Positions 18,791 through 26,834 of a stretch of DNA of 36,069 nt are shown in pieces. This stretch comes from a virus. Its lineage: Duplodnaviria; Caudoviricetes. The stretch covers positions 1-36,069 of the IMG/VR virus record IMGVR_UViG_3300020045_019005. One strand, written 5' to 3'. The position numbers and the translations under genes are program-made. The first letter of the stretch is position 1. Each line of letters starts with the position of its first letter. The notes below the pieces were generated by a model. It was given only the letters and a program-made list of their open reading frames with translations. It ran no database searches and was not told the origin of the DNA.

Positions 18791-19321
18791 TTAACCTATG
18801 GTTGAGAGAGCGGTAAAGACGGCTTGCATCTTATCCGGGTATTGGGCAAGTGTGGAAACATCCGGAACACCTTGACCAGTGATGAGGTTCATAATACCAT
18901 CGGGAGTAATTCGCCCAGATGTGGTTAAAAAGGTTATTTTTTGCATCAAATCCATGAATAAATTGGCACTTGGTGGTGTGGTAGGAGCAGCGACAAACTG
19001 CGATTCATATGCTTCAAGGGCTGCTTTATCACATCCGGGTTTTTGCTTCCATGATCCGTCAGCTTTTTTGGTCTGAGTTGATGCATGGTACAATCCACTC
19101 CATGGTACTCCGCGATTGTCAGCCGGGGCGACCGGAGCAGCCGGGGCGACCGGAGCAGCCGGGGCGACCGGAGCAGCCGGGGCGACCGGAGCAGCCGGGG
19201 CGACCGGAGCGGGCCCATTGTTTTCGGATTCAACCCGGCCATCAAGTAAGGTTTGAAAAAATTGAATCGCCGCTCTGATTCCCAAGACACTATTTGGTAC
19301 TGAAATTCTAATGTTTTCCAT
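18791..19321 (-). CDS. Hypothetical early protein with APVAPA repeats
   Basis: GAGG RBS before ATG 19321. DNRGVPW...H....KKADGSWK motif. First gene of the leftward operon. Confidence 0.7.
   Translation of the reverse strand: MENIRISVPNSVLGIRAAIQFFQTLLDGRVESENNGPAPVAPAAPVAPAAPVAPAAPVAPAAPVAPADNRGVPWSGLYHASTQTKKADGSWKQKPGCDKAALEAYESQFVAAPTTPPSANLFMDLMQKITFLTTSGRITPDGIMNLITGQGVPDVSTLAQYPDKMQAVFTALSTIG
19121..19210. repeat. 18-bp tandem repeat, 5 perfect copies (AGCCGGGGCGACCGGAGC)
   Basis: Read directly; encodes APVAPA on the minus strand. Confidence 0.95.
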
Positions 19322-19355
19322 ACTTTTCCTCATAGTTAGATTAAAACAAGAAGTG

Positions 19356-19414
19356 ATTTTCTTGTTGACTATTTGGACAATAACGGTTATTGACCACTTA
19401 GTCAACAAGAAAAT
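19356..19414. promoter_or_regulatory. 59-bp near-perfect palindrome carrying symmetric divergent promoter-like elements
   Basis: 29-bp arms with 3 mismatches around G19385. TTGACT on each strand followed after 17 nt by TATTGA (+) or TATTGT (-). Confidence 0.75.
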
Positions 19415-19422
19415 GAGGGGTT

Positions 19423-21096
19423 ATGAGTCAATTAAGAGATTATCAACAAAAATTAAAAAACGACATTTTTACCGCCTGGAAATACTCTCAAAATGTGCTT
19501 GCTGTTGCGCCTACCGGGAGCGGGAAAACTGTTCTTTTTTGTGATATTATCCAAACCGCTAACGTGCCCACATGTGTCATCGCTCACCGGCAAGAGTTGG
19601 TCGGTCAGATGAGTTTACAGCTTGCAAAATATGGGGTGTACCATCGCATTATCGGGCCTCCTCCTTTGGTTAAAACCCTTTCACAATTACACGTCTATGT
19701 CCTCGGGAAATCGTTTTATGATTCTCATTCCGATGTTGGGGTGGCCGGGATAAACAGCCTAATAAACAGGGGTGAACAACTCAAGCGATGGTTGCCGCGA
19801 GTTGGTTTGTGGGTACTTGATGAAGCTCATCATTTACTCAAGGGCAATGTGTGGGGTCAAGGTGTCACCATGTTCCCCAATGCTCGCGGTTTGGGAGTTA
19901 CGGCAACACCACGGAGAGCCGATGGTTTTGGTCTTGGTCGCCACCATGATGGTCTATTCGATGTGATGGTGCAAGGCCCTTGTGGTCGTGATCTTATCAA
20001 TTTGGGGTATTTGAGCAACTACATGGTTTATGCTCCTCCTTGTGATATTGATTTTAGTCAGGTTAAAATCAGTCAGACAACGGGGGATTATGTCAAAAAT
20101 CAGCTTGTTGTGGCCACAAAGAGAAGCCACATTATCGGTGACATAGTTGGGGAGTATTTTAAGCTGGCTACGGGTCGCTTGGGGGTGACTTTTATGCCCA
20201 GTGTTGATCTTGCAAAGGAGGTTGCGGAAAATTTTAATGCTGTAGGGATCCCGGCAAAAATGGTCAGTGCGAACACTCCCGATATTGAAAGAGTGAAGAT
20301 ACTCCGTGATTTCGCAAACCGAAAAATACTGCAGCTTGTCAATGTGGACCTGTTTGGAGAAGGGTTTGACCTTCCAGCCCTTGAAGTTGTTTCCATGGGT
20401 CGTAAAACCGAGAGTTTTGCTCTCTTCTGCCAGCAATTTGGCAGGGTGTTACGACCGGCACCAGGCAAGGACAAAGCCATAATAATTGATCATGTGGGTA
20501 ATATGATTCGCCATACCCTGAGGAATGGTTTACCCGATATGCCGCAACGATGGACTTTGGACCGCCGTGACCGAAAGCACAAAGAGAAGGATCCGGATAT
20601 TCTACCACTTCGTGCTTGTGTTTCGTGTTCTGCTGTCTATGAAGCACATTTGATACAATGCCCATTCTGTGGGTTTATCTGGTCACCCGCAAGCCGGTCA
20701 ACTCCCGAGCAAGTTGAGGGCAATCTCGAAGAGCTTAACATCGATGTTCTTTTACAACTGCGGGGTGAGCGTGATAGAATAGATAGCCCGGCCCAATATG
20801 TAAAAGATAGGATGTTGCAAGCAGGAATGCCGGAAATTGCCGCTTTTGGTGCTGCCAAGAATCACCGAATGCGGCAGGATAAACAGGAACAATTACGAAA
20901 TAAGATAGCAATATGGGCGGGTATTTACCATGGTGTCGGTAAATCTGACGCTGAGATTTATATGAGATTTCACAAACGATTCAAAATTGATATTTTAAAG
21001 GCTCAAGCCCTCGGAAGGGTCGAGGCTGAAAAACTTACGGGGGGAATAGTTGATGAAATTAACAGACTTCAAATGGTTTACAATTGTCCACATTAA
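19423..21096 (+). CDS. Superfamily 2 DEAD/DEAH-box helicase with Zn ribbon
   Basis: APTGSGKT, DEAHH, TATP, EGFDLP, QQFGRVLR, DHVGN and CxxC...CPFC. Confidence 0.93.
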   Translation: MSQLRDYQQKLKNDIFTAWKYSQNVLAVAPTGSGKTVLFCDIIQTANVPTCVIAHRQELVGQMSLQLAKYGVYHRIIGPPPLVKTLSQLHVYVLGKSFYDSHSDVGVAGINSLINRGEQLKRWLPRVGLWVLDEAHHLLKGNVWGQGVTMFPNARGLGVTATPRRADGFGLGRHHDGLFDVMVQGPCGRDLINLGYLSNYMVYAPPCDIDFSQVKISQTTGDYVKNQLVVATKRSHIIGDIVGEYFKLATGRLGVTFMPSVDLAKEVAENFNAVGIPAKMVSANTPDIERVKILRDFANRKILQLVNVDLFGEGFDLPALEVVSMGRKTESFALFCQQFGRVLRPAPGKDKAIIIDHVGNMIRHTLRNGLPDMPQRWTLDRRDRKHKEKDPDILPLRACVSCSAVYEAHLIQCPFCGFIWSPASRSTPEQVEGNLEELNIDVLLQLRGERDRIDSPAQYVKDRMLQAGMPEIAAFGAAKNHRMRQDKQEQLRNKIAIWAGIYHGVGKSDAEIYMRFHKRFKIDILKAQALGRVEAEKLTGGIVDEINRLQMVYNCPH

Positions 21097-21268
21097 TTCC
21101 CAAGACAAACAATCGCTAATGCTATGCCACATAAAAACCGAAGCTAAATTTTTATTGGAAGAAATTGAGAACCTTGGTTTTGTCGGAAAGTATATTGTAC
21201 TGCCGGGAAGAATTGATAGACTTTTACCCGAAGAACTGACTGCAAAGGAGACCACAACATGGTATTAG
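21053..21268 (+). CDS. Hypothetical protein
   Basis: Fills the gap between helicase and VRR-NUC genes with overlaps; GGGG upstream. Confidence 0.5.
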   Translation: MKLTDFKWFTIVHINSQDKQSLMLCHIKTEAKFLLEEIENLGFVGKYIVLPGRIDRLLPEELTAKETTTWY

Positions 21269-21735
21269 ATGAATGGGCAAAATTTTGGAATATATCAACT
21301 GACGCATTGAACAATCTACGCAGAATGATAGGGGTATTGGCTCCCATGATTGAAGAGAGTTATGGGGGCATGTCTGAGAGTGCGGTGCAACAAAGGCGAC
21401 GGTTGAATCATGGATATAAGACAGGCGGGCGGCTGTGGCGCAATAATGTTGGTGTCCTTTTTGATGAGTCGGGTCGGCCTGTCCGGTATGGTCTTGTCAA
21501 TGAATCGTCCAAGATCAATAAGACCATCAAAAGCAGTGATCTTATTGGTATTACCCCTCATATTGTAACCCCTGCCGATGTGGGGAAAACTCTCGGGATT
21601 TTCACAGCTGAGGAAGTCAAGGAAGGGGATTGGAAATTTTCTGGTAATGAGCATGAAATGGCGCAGTTGAATTTTCTCCTCATTGTGCTATCTATGGGGG
21701 GGATAGCAAAATTTACAAAAGGTGGTGATTTATGA
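21259..21735 (+). CDS. VRR-NUC family nuclease
   Basis: SESAVQ, LWRNNVG, SSDLIG, EEVK, Q.NFL and GGIA. Confidence 0.85.
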   Translation: MVLDEWAKFWNISTDALNNLRRMIGVLAPMIEESYGGMSESAVQQRRRLNHGYKTGGRLWRNNVGVLFDESGRPVRYGLVNESSKINKTIKSSDLIGITPHIVTPADVGKTLGIFTAEEVKEGDWKFSGNEHEMAQLNFLLIVLSMGGIAKFTKGGDL

Positions 21736-22049
21736 AAAGGCGATTGACTCCCGATGAGCGCCGGGAACGAATAATCGATGCGGCATTTAGATTGGCCATT
21801 TGTTCTAATTATCTCACTATTACCCGTGACGAGGTGGCTGTTGCTGCCAACTGTGCCCCAACCCTGGTAAATCACTATTTCGGTACAGTTGCCGATTTAC
21901 GCCAAATGGTGCTTGATAGAGCGCTGGTAACCGAAAATTGTACCATTTTGGCTCAAGCTATTGTCCAAGGATCCCCCATTGTGCAGCAAATCGATAATGA
22001 TCTTTTTGACCGGGTAATATCGGGGGTGATATATGTCAAAAATACCTGA
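21732..22049 (+). CDS. TetR-family HTH protein
   Basis: RRERIIDAA...TRDEVAVAANCAPTLVNHYFGT matches the TetR N-terminal HTH. Confidence 0.8.
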   Translation: MKRRLTPDERRERIIDAAFRLAICSNYLTITRDEVAVAANCAPTLVNHYFGTVADLRQMVLDRALVTENCTILAQAIVQGSPIVQQIDNDLFDRVISGVIYVKNT

Positions 22050-24357
22050 TAGTTTTCGACCATATAAGCAGTTTATCAACTGGAAGCTTGTAGATAAGGG
22101 TGATGGTAAAAAGTTGGCGAAAGTGCCATATAATGCTCTTCACAATGTGTCAATTGATCCCATGATACCAGGCAACTGGTTGACAGCTGATGAAGCTCTA
22201 CTCTATTCCCAATATGGTTGGGGTATTGCTTTTATTTTCACCAAAGATGACCCGTTTTTCTTTCTCGATATTGATAATTGTTTGGTTGACGGCCAATGGT
22301 CACAGATGGCGCAAGGGTTATGTCGGATGTTTGCCGGATGTTACATTGAGGTAAGTCATAGCGGTAAAGGTTTGCATATTTTCGGAAGCGGTGTCTATCC
22401 GGAACACTCCTGCCGCAATGAGCAATATGGTTTGGAATTTTACAGTGAAAAACATTCTGCAGCGCTCACAGGTGAGGGCGCAATAGGTGATGCAAATTTC
22501 AACGCTCAACCTGCTATTGATTGGCTTATCACAAATTATTTCCCGCCGGCAACCCTGCAGGGTGCTCCGTTGCCTGAATGGACAGACGGACCTTGCCCCG
22601 AGTGGCATGGGATTGAAGACGACCACAAACTTATTGAAAAAGCATTGGCGAGTAAGCGCTCGACAGCCGCCGCCTTTGGTGTAAGTGCTTCTTTTGCCGA
22701 TCTGTGGGCGGGTGATATATCCTTCCATGGTGACGATCATAGTTTCGCAGATGCCGCACTCTGTCAACGGTTAGCATTTTGGACCGGGAAGGATTGTGCC
22801 CGGATAGATAGGTTGTTCCGCCTATCCGGACTCATGCGACCAAAGTGGGATGATAGTCGCGGGCAGTCAACCTATGGAGCCATAACCATCTTGCAAGCAG
22901 TGTCAAAGTGTGACAAGGTATATGGTGAGTGCCCCCCTCGGTTGGTAGGTGCACTCCGGGAAGGTCTTCAATTCTTGTCAGTTGATCAACAGATTGAATA
23001 TTTTGCCGGGTGTACCTACGTTACCGATAGACACCGCATTGTTACCCCAAAAGGTCAATTTCTCAATCCGGATCAATTTAAAGCGGTTTATAGCGGGTGG
23101 GTATTTGCCCTCGATAATATAAATGGCTCTTCAACCCCCGATCCTTATAAAGCGTTTACTCAATCCCAAGGGTATGATTTTCCGAAAGTAGACACAACCT
23201 GTTTTCGTCCAGAGTTGCCAGAAATGTCGCCGGTTGAAGAACAGGGCGGTTTGACCATGCTTAATACCTGGCTCAAACTCGATATCAAACACCATCCAGG
23301 TGATGCATCGCCGTTTCTAAATCATCTCGCGGCAATTCTCCCAGTTGAAACAGACAGAGAGATATTGTTATCCTTTTTTGCTGCAGCAATTCAAAATCCT
23401 GGTAAAAAAATTCCATGGATGCCAATTATTCAGGGTGTCCAGGGCAACGGTAAATCAATGCTCATTCGAATTATGGAATATGCCGTTGGTCATCGGTATG
23501 CACACCGTCTGAACGCCGCCGATCTTGCCAAAAATGCCCTTGTTTTTAATGGTTGGTTACGGGGAAAGCTCTTTGTGGGTATCGAAGAAATCTATGTTCC
23601 CAAACGTCGGGAAGTGCTTGAAGCATTGAAAACCTACATCACTGAGGACAGAATTGAAATTCAAAATAAGGGTGTTGACCAGATAAGTGGTGATAACAGG
23701 GCCAATTTTGCAGCATGCACCAATTATAAAGATGGTGTACCCAAATATAGAGGTGATCGGCGTAATTGTATTTTGTTCACCGCCCAACAGTCCGAGGATG
23801 ACATGGTTCGGATGGGGTGGAAATACAAAAACGGTAACAGCACTCAATATTTTGCCAAGCTCTATAAGTGGCTTTACGCTGACGGTTTTGCCATTGTTAC
23901 CCACATGCTAAAGACCTACCAAATAAAAGACCAATTTAACCCATTTGTCGAAGCTGTGACGGCTCCCATTACAAGTAGCACGCTTGAGGCCATAGCCTGC
24001 AGTCAAGGCAACCTCGAACAAGATGTGATGGAAGCCATTGATGAAGGTCGATCTGGGTTCATCTCTCCTTGGATATCAAGTTTTGCTTATAATCGACTCA
24101 TTGATGAGCGCCGACAAAAAATTTCCCAGAACAGACGACGACAAATTCTTGTTGACATGGGGTATGTGCCCCATCCTGCTTTACGAGATGGGCGGCTTAC
24201 AATATTGATACCAAGCGAGGGCGGGAAACCTCGGATCTATGTTAAAGCGAACCATCCCGCAGCACAGATAGGGAGTGCGGCTCTGGTAGCTCAGGAGTAT
24301 TTAAGATGTCAAAGTGGTGATATGGTCGCCGTTAAATTTAACCAAGGGAGTGTTTAA
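22033..24357 (+). CDS. Primase(-polymerase)-helicase, NrS-1/D5 type
   Basis: N-terminal LDIDNC and EVSHSGKGLH; helical bundle LAFWTGKD..RIDRLFR.SGLMR.KWD; SF3 helicase GVQGNGKS, GIEE and DRR. Confidence 0.9.
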   Translation: MSKIPDSFRPYKQFINWKLVDKGDGKKLAKVPYNALHNVSIDPMIPGNWLTADEALLYSQYGWGIAFIFTKDDPFFFLDIDNCLVDGQWSQMAQGLCRMFAGCYIEVSHSGKGLHIFGSGVYPEHSCRNEQYGLEFYSEKHSAALTGEGAIGDANFNAQPAIDWLITNYFPPATLQGAPLPEWTDGPCPEWHGIEDDHKLIEKALASKRSTAAAFGVSASFADLWAGDISFHGDDHSFADAALCQRLAFWTGKDCARIDRLFRLSGLMRPKWDDSRGQSTYGAITILQAVSKCDKVYGECPPRLVGALREGLQFLSVDQQIEYFAGCTYVTDRHRIVTPKGQFLNPDQFKAVYSGWVFALDNINGSSTPDPYKAFTQSQGYDFPKVDTTCFRPELPEMSPVEEQGGLTMLNTWLKLDIKHHPGDASPFLNHLAAILPVETDREILLSFFAAAIQNPGKKIPWMPIIQGVQGNGKSMLIRIMEYAVGHRYAHRLNAADLAKNALVFNGWLRGKLFVGIEEIYVPKRREVLEALKTYITEDRIEIQNKGVDQISGDNRANFAACTNYKDGVPKYRGDRRNCILFTAQQSEDDMVRMGWKYKNGNSTQYFAKLYKWLYADGFAIVTHMLKTYQIKDQFNPFVEAVTAPITSSTLEAIACSQGNLEQDVMEAIDEGRSGFISPWISSFAYNRLIDERRQKISQNRRRQILVDMGYVPHPALRDGRLTILIPSEGGKPRIYVKANHPAAQIGSAALVAQEYLRCQSGDMVAVKFNQGSV

Positions 24358-24358
24358 G

Positions 24359-24688
24359 ATGGGAGCAAAAGCAACTGATTTTACCGGGAGATTGATTAGG
24401 AATTGTGATGTGTTGGGTATTGATGAGCAAAGCGGGGGCACTGGTCACCATGTGAAGTGGCATTGCAAGTGCCGGAAGTGTGGGGCACTCTTGCGGGTAC
24501 GGTCCAATAGTCTCTCTAGGGGGATGACAGGCCACATTTGCGAAAGTGAAAAGGGTGAACCTAATTTGGATTTGGTGAGCGATACAAACTTTATACCACC
24601 CGTAAGACGGAAGCGCCGACCAATGACACATGAAGAGCTTGGGAAGCATGAAGCATATTTATATCTGGCAGCGAGGGGATTGAGATGA
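24359..24688 (+). CDS. Hypothetical Cys-containing protein resembling the N-terminus of phage HNH/AP2 endonucleases
   Basis: DFTG...WHCKCRKCG....RSNSLSRG.T pattern, but no HNH catalytic domain follows. Confidence 0.5.
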   Translation: MGAKATDFTGRLIRNCDVLGIDEQSGGTGHHVKWHCKCRKCGALLRVRSNSLSRGMTGHICESEKGEPNLDLVSDTNFIPPVRRKRRPMTHEELGKHEAYLYLAARGLR

Positions 24689-24945
24689 GACAGGGTAAAT
24701 TTGACAAGTTGTTGGAGCGACGGATTGAATTGATAAAGAGTGTTTTGTCGTCAAAAGGGGAGGAGTATGGTACAAGTGATCGTTTGCACAACTTTAAAGT
24801 TGCTGCAAATATTGGTCATTTTCTGAACAAGCATTGCTCGGTATGATGCGAAAACATATCGTATCTGTGCTTGACATGATTGAATGGGGAGCCAAGGACC
24901 GAGCCCAAATTGATAAAAAAATATAATTATCTCATTTTGTTTTTG
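24685..24945 (+). pseudogene. Frameshifted all-alpha nucleotide-metabolism-associated protein (DUF1599 / MazG-like)
   Basis: KGEEYG..DRLHNFKVAA, then in another frame EQALLGMMRKHIVSVLD, then in a third frame NYLIL. Confidence 0.6.
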
Positions 24946-24951
24946 TGGAAA

Positions 24952-25350
24952 CTAACAAATAATAGTGTAGGAGTTTTAGAGCCTAACAAAAAACACCTAA
25001 CAACAAAATTGACAAACAATAGTGTAGGAGTTTTTTATTGACAGAATGTTAGTGTAACAAGCCCACAGTGAGGACCGGGATATAATAAGCGGGCATCACT
25101 GTGGGCTTCTGTATTTTTAAGTAATATTAAAGAGTTAGTCGATTTGTGGCCCGAAGCCCGTTGTGAGTCTATATTCCCACTCTCCACGGTTAATATTAAC
25201 CTATATATATACTACATATATTACTCTTTATATATGTAGTATATATACTATATATATTCACAGTGGGATTATAGAGGGATATATATAGGAAATTATTGAA
25301 AAATTTGAAAGCCCGGTGTTTTTGGTATGGGTTTGTAACGGGCTTTTCGT
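24952..25350. other. AT-rich non-coding region with direct repeats and nested inverted repeats; candidate replication origin
   Basis: AATAGTGTAGGAGTTTT at 24961 and 25018; 13-bp IR 25059-25071/25096-25108; palindrome GGTTAATATTAACC 25188-25201; 18-bp IR 25204-25221/25230-25247. Confidence 0.6.
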
Positions 25351-25488
25351 TTTATCATCTTGTGGAAATTATTGGTAAAATGGGAAATTTAATATTTTTG
25401 CAGCGGGCTTTTCATCGGGATATGGTTAATTGTGGATTTTTGTGTCCGAAAATCGGACAGTATCTTTTATATATCATCAAAATAATTA

Positions 25489-25517
25489 TTGATTACTTTA
25501 AATAATTAATGTATACT
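25489..25517 (+). promoter_or_regulatory. Sigma70-type promoter
   Basis: TTGATT-17 nt-TATACT upstream of an AAGGAGG RBS. Confidence 0.65.
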
Positions 25518-25551
25518 ACTTGTGTTTCAAAATTAAAAAAGGAGGTTTGTT

Positions 25552-25665
25552 ATGATTTGGATATTGAGAATTTTTACATTATGGTTGTTCTGTTTATTTT
25601 TTTCTGGTTTTTTCATTTCATTACTATGGGTTTTGTTTTGGGTAATTGATAAATTGTTTCCTTAA
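25552..25665 (+). CDS. 37-aa aromatic-rich membrane peptide
   Basis: AAGGAGG RBS; hand translation MIWILRIFTLWLFCLFFSGFFISLLWVLFWVIDKLFP. Confidence 0.6.
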   Translation: MIWILRIFTLWLFCLFFSGFFISLLWVLFWVIDKLFP

Positions 25666-25689
25666 TAATTAAACTAAAAGGGGTTTGTG

Positions 25690-26079
25690 ATGATTGACAA
25701 TGAAAATTTTTGGGTTGATGAGAATAATAATAAATGGGACAAAAGATTTTTCACCCGTGAGAAAGCGGAGAAATTTTCTAAAAGTTGCCAGGACTGCCAG
25801 AACTGCCAGAACTGCCAGAACTGCCAGAACTGCTGGAACTGCTGGAACTGCCAGAACTTTAAAACCGACCCCAATAAGATTATTTTAAAGAATGTAGGAA
25901 GTCGCAATTCTACCATTTTTATTTATTGGTTATGTGATAGAAATCAAATTATTTGTGGTTGTTTTAATGGACCATTTTTAGAGTTTGAGAAAGCTGTCGA
26001 AAAAACCCATGGTGACAATGACCACGGTTTGCAATATAGGGAAATAATGTCTAGAGTGTGGGAGTTGATGGAATTATGA
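25690..26079 (+). CDS. Cys-x-x repeat protein with conserved GSR...CGCF.G...EF...V..TH C-terminal domain
   Basis: Eight C(Q/W)(N/D) triplets, then a domain I recognise from phage pentapeptide / beta-helix repeat proteins. Confidence 0.7.
   Translation: MIDNENFWVDENNNKWDKRFFTREKAEKFSKSCQDCQNCQNCQNCQNCWNCWNCQNFKTDPNKIILKNVGSRNSTIFIYWLCDRNQIICGCFNGPFLEFEKAVEKTHGDNDHGLQYREIMSRVWELMEL
25786..25857 (+). repeat. 9-bp tandem repeat, 8 copies (consensus TGCCAGAAC)
   Basis: Read directly; variants TGCCAGGAC and TGCTGGAAC. Confidence 0.95.
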
Positions 26080-26249
26080 GAAATCCGCCAGGAAGACCAA
26101 AATTACCCCAAGGTGAGAAGAAGGTGACGGTGAGTATCAAGCTTCACCCGACCATCGTATTGAAGCTTGATATAATGGGTCGGTCACGATCTGAGACAAT
26201 AACGAGACTTATCAAAGGTGAAGTGCTTGGTTGGGGCAAGTACCGATAG
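26076..26249 (+). CDS. Small ribbon-helix-helix-like DNA-binding protein
   Basis: GRPKLP.GEKKVTVSIKL...SRSETI; ATGA overlap with the upstream gene. Confidence 0.6.
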   Translation: MRNPPGRPKLPQGEKKVTVSIKLHPTIVLKLDIMGRSRSETITRLIKGEVLGWGKYR

Positions 26250-26280
26250 TGGCAAGGTCCATCGCGTAGTCAGCTGCGCC

Positions 26281-26343
26281 GGTAACAGACGCCCAAACTA
26301 AACCACGGTGCTGTTTCCGCGTCGGCTTTATTGGTTGTTATAT
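26281..26343 (-). mobile_element. Degenerate attC-like site 1
   Basis: Minus strand: ATATAAC aacca ATAAAGCCGA CGCGG aaacagca CCGTG GTTTAG...; the distal arm is eroded. Shares TCGGCTTTATTG-3 nt-GTT with site 2. Confidence 0.5.
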
Positions 26344-26356
26344 GGTGAGGTGATAC

Positions 26357-26563
26357 ACGGTATGTAAAGAGTGCGGGATACCAGTTTTTGAAAACGAATA
26401 CCGCCCTTTTGCGGGCTGTTTGATGTATAAGGCTTGTGGAAGTAGTCGGACAGTTACCGCAAACTTAAAATCGATAAGAGATAGTGCTGTCGAATACTGC
26501 GCTCTGAGTTGCGACAAGGATTTTCTTGAAGCAGCAAAAATGATACGAGAGTTACAGAAATAA
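26357..26563 (+). pseudogene. Cassette-like ORF with defective start (ACG): VCKECGIP...EYRPFAGCLMYKAC...
   Basis: Open 68-codon frame after a GAGGTG RBS. ACG sits where ATG is expected and an in-frame TGA lies at 26351. Confidence 0.5.
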
Positions 26564-26581
26564 CCGAACATGTTTGGAGTG

Positions 26582-26645
26582 AGTTAACGTGCGGATAAAT
26601 CCGTTGCCGGGCCGTTTCGGTAATCGGCTTTATTGTCTGTTGGGT
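26582..26645 (-). mobile_element. attC-like site 2 (64 bp)
   Basis: Minus strand: ACCCAAC agaca ATAAAGCCGA TTACCG aaacggcc CGGCAA CGG ATTTAT ccgcac GTTAACT, i.e. RYYYAAC, 5 nt, L box, stem with a bulge, L box, 6 nt, GTT. Confidence 0.68.
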
Positions 26646-26663
26646 AAATAGCAAGGAAATTAT

Positions 26664-26834
26664 ATGCCAAGTAAAATTTATATGATTTGTAACAGTTATG
26701 AGTCTGGTTATGGTCACGGGTGCAAAAACGACGGGTCTGACCTGAAGAAAACACCCCACGATGACAAAGAATGCGGGGAGGCATACAAAAGAGATCAAAA
26801 CAAACGGGATTGCTTCGACTGCGATCCTATGTAG
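26664..26834 (+). CDS. 56-aa cassette-like hypothetical protein (MPSKIYMICNSYESGYGHG...)
   Basis: AAGGA RBS just after attC-like site 2; the stop TAG abuts GCCCAAC. Confidence 0.6.
   Translation: MPSKIYMICNSYESGYGHGCKNDGSDLKKTPHDDKECGEAYKRDQNKRDCFDCDPM

Noticed and set aside
24952-25056. Direct repeats at 57-bp spacing as a mini CRISPR array
   Set aside because: Only two good copies, a low-complexity spacer containing sub-repeats, and no cas operon. Iteron-like repeats fit better.
25296-25505. 69-aa ORF in the AT-rich region
   Set aside because: TTG start, no motif, and it overlaps inverted repeats and the 25489 promoter. Probably non-coding.
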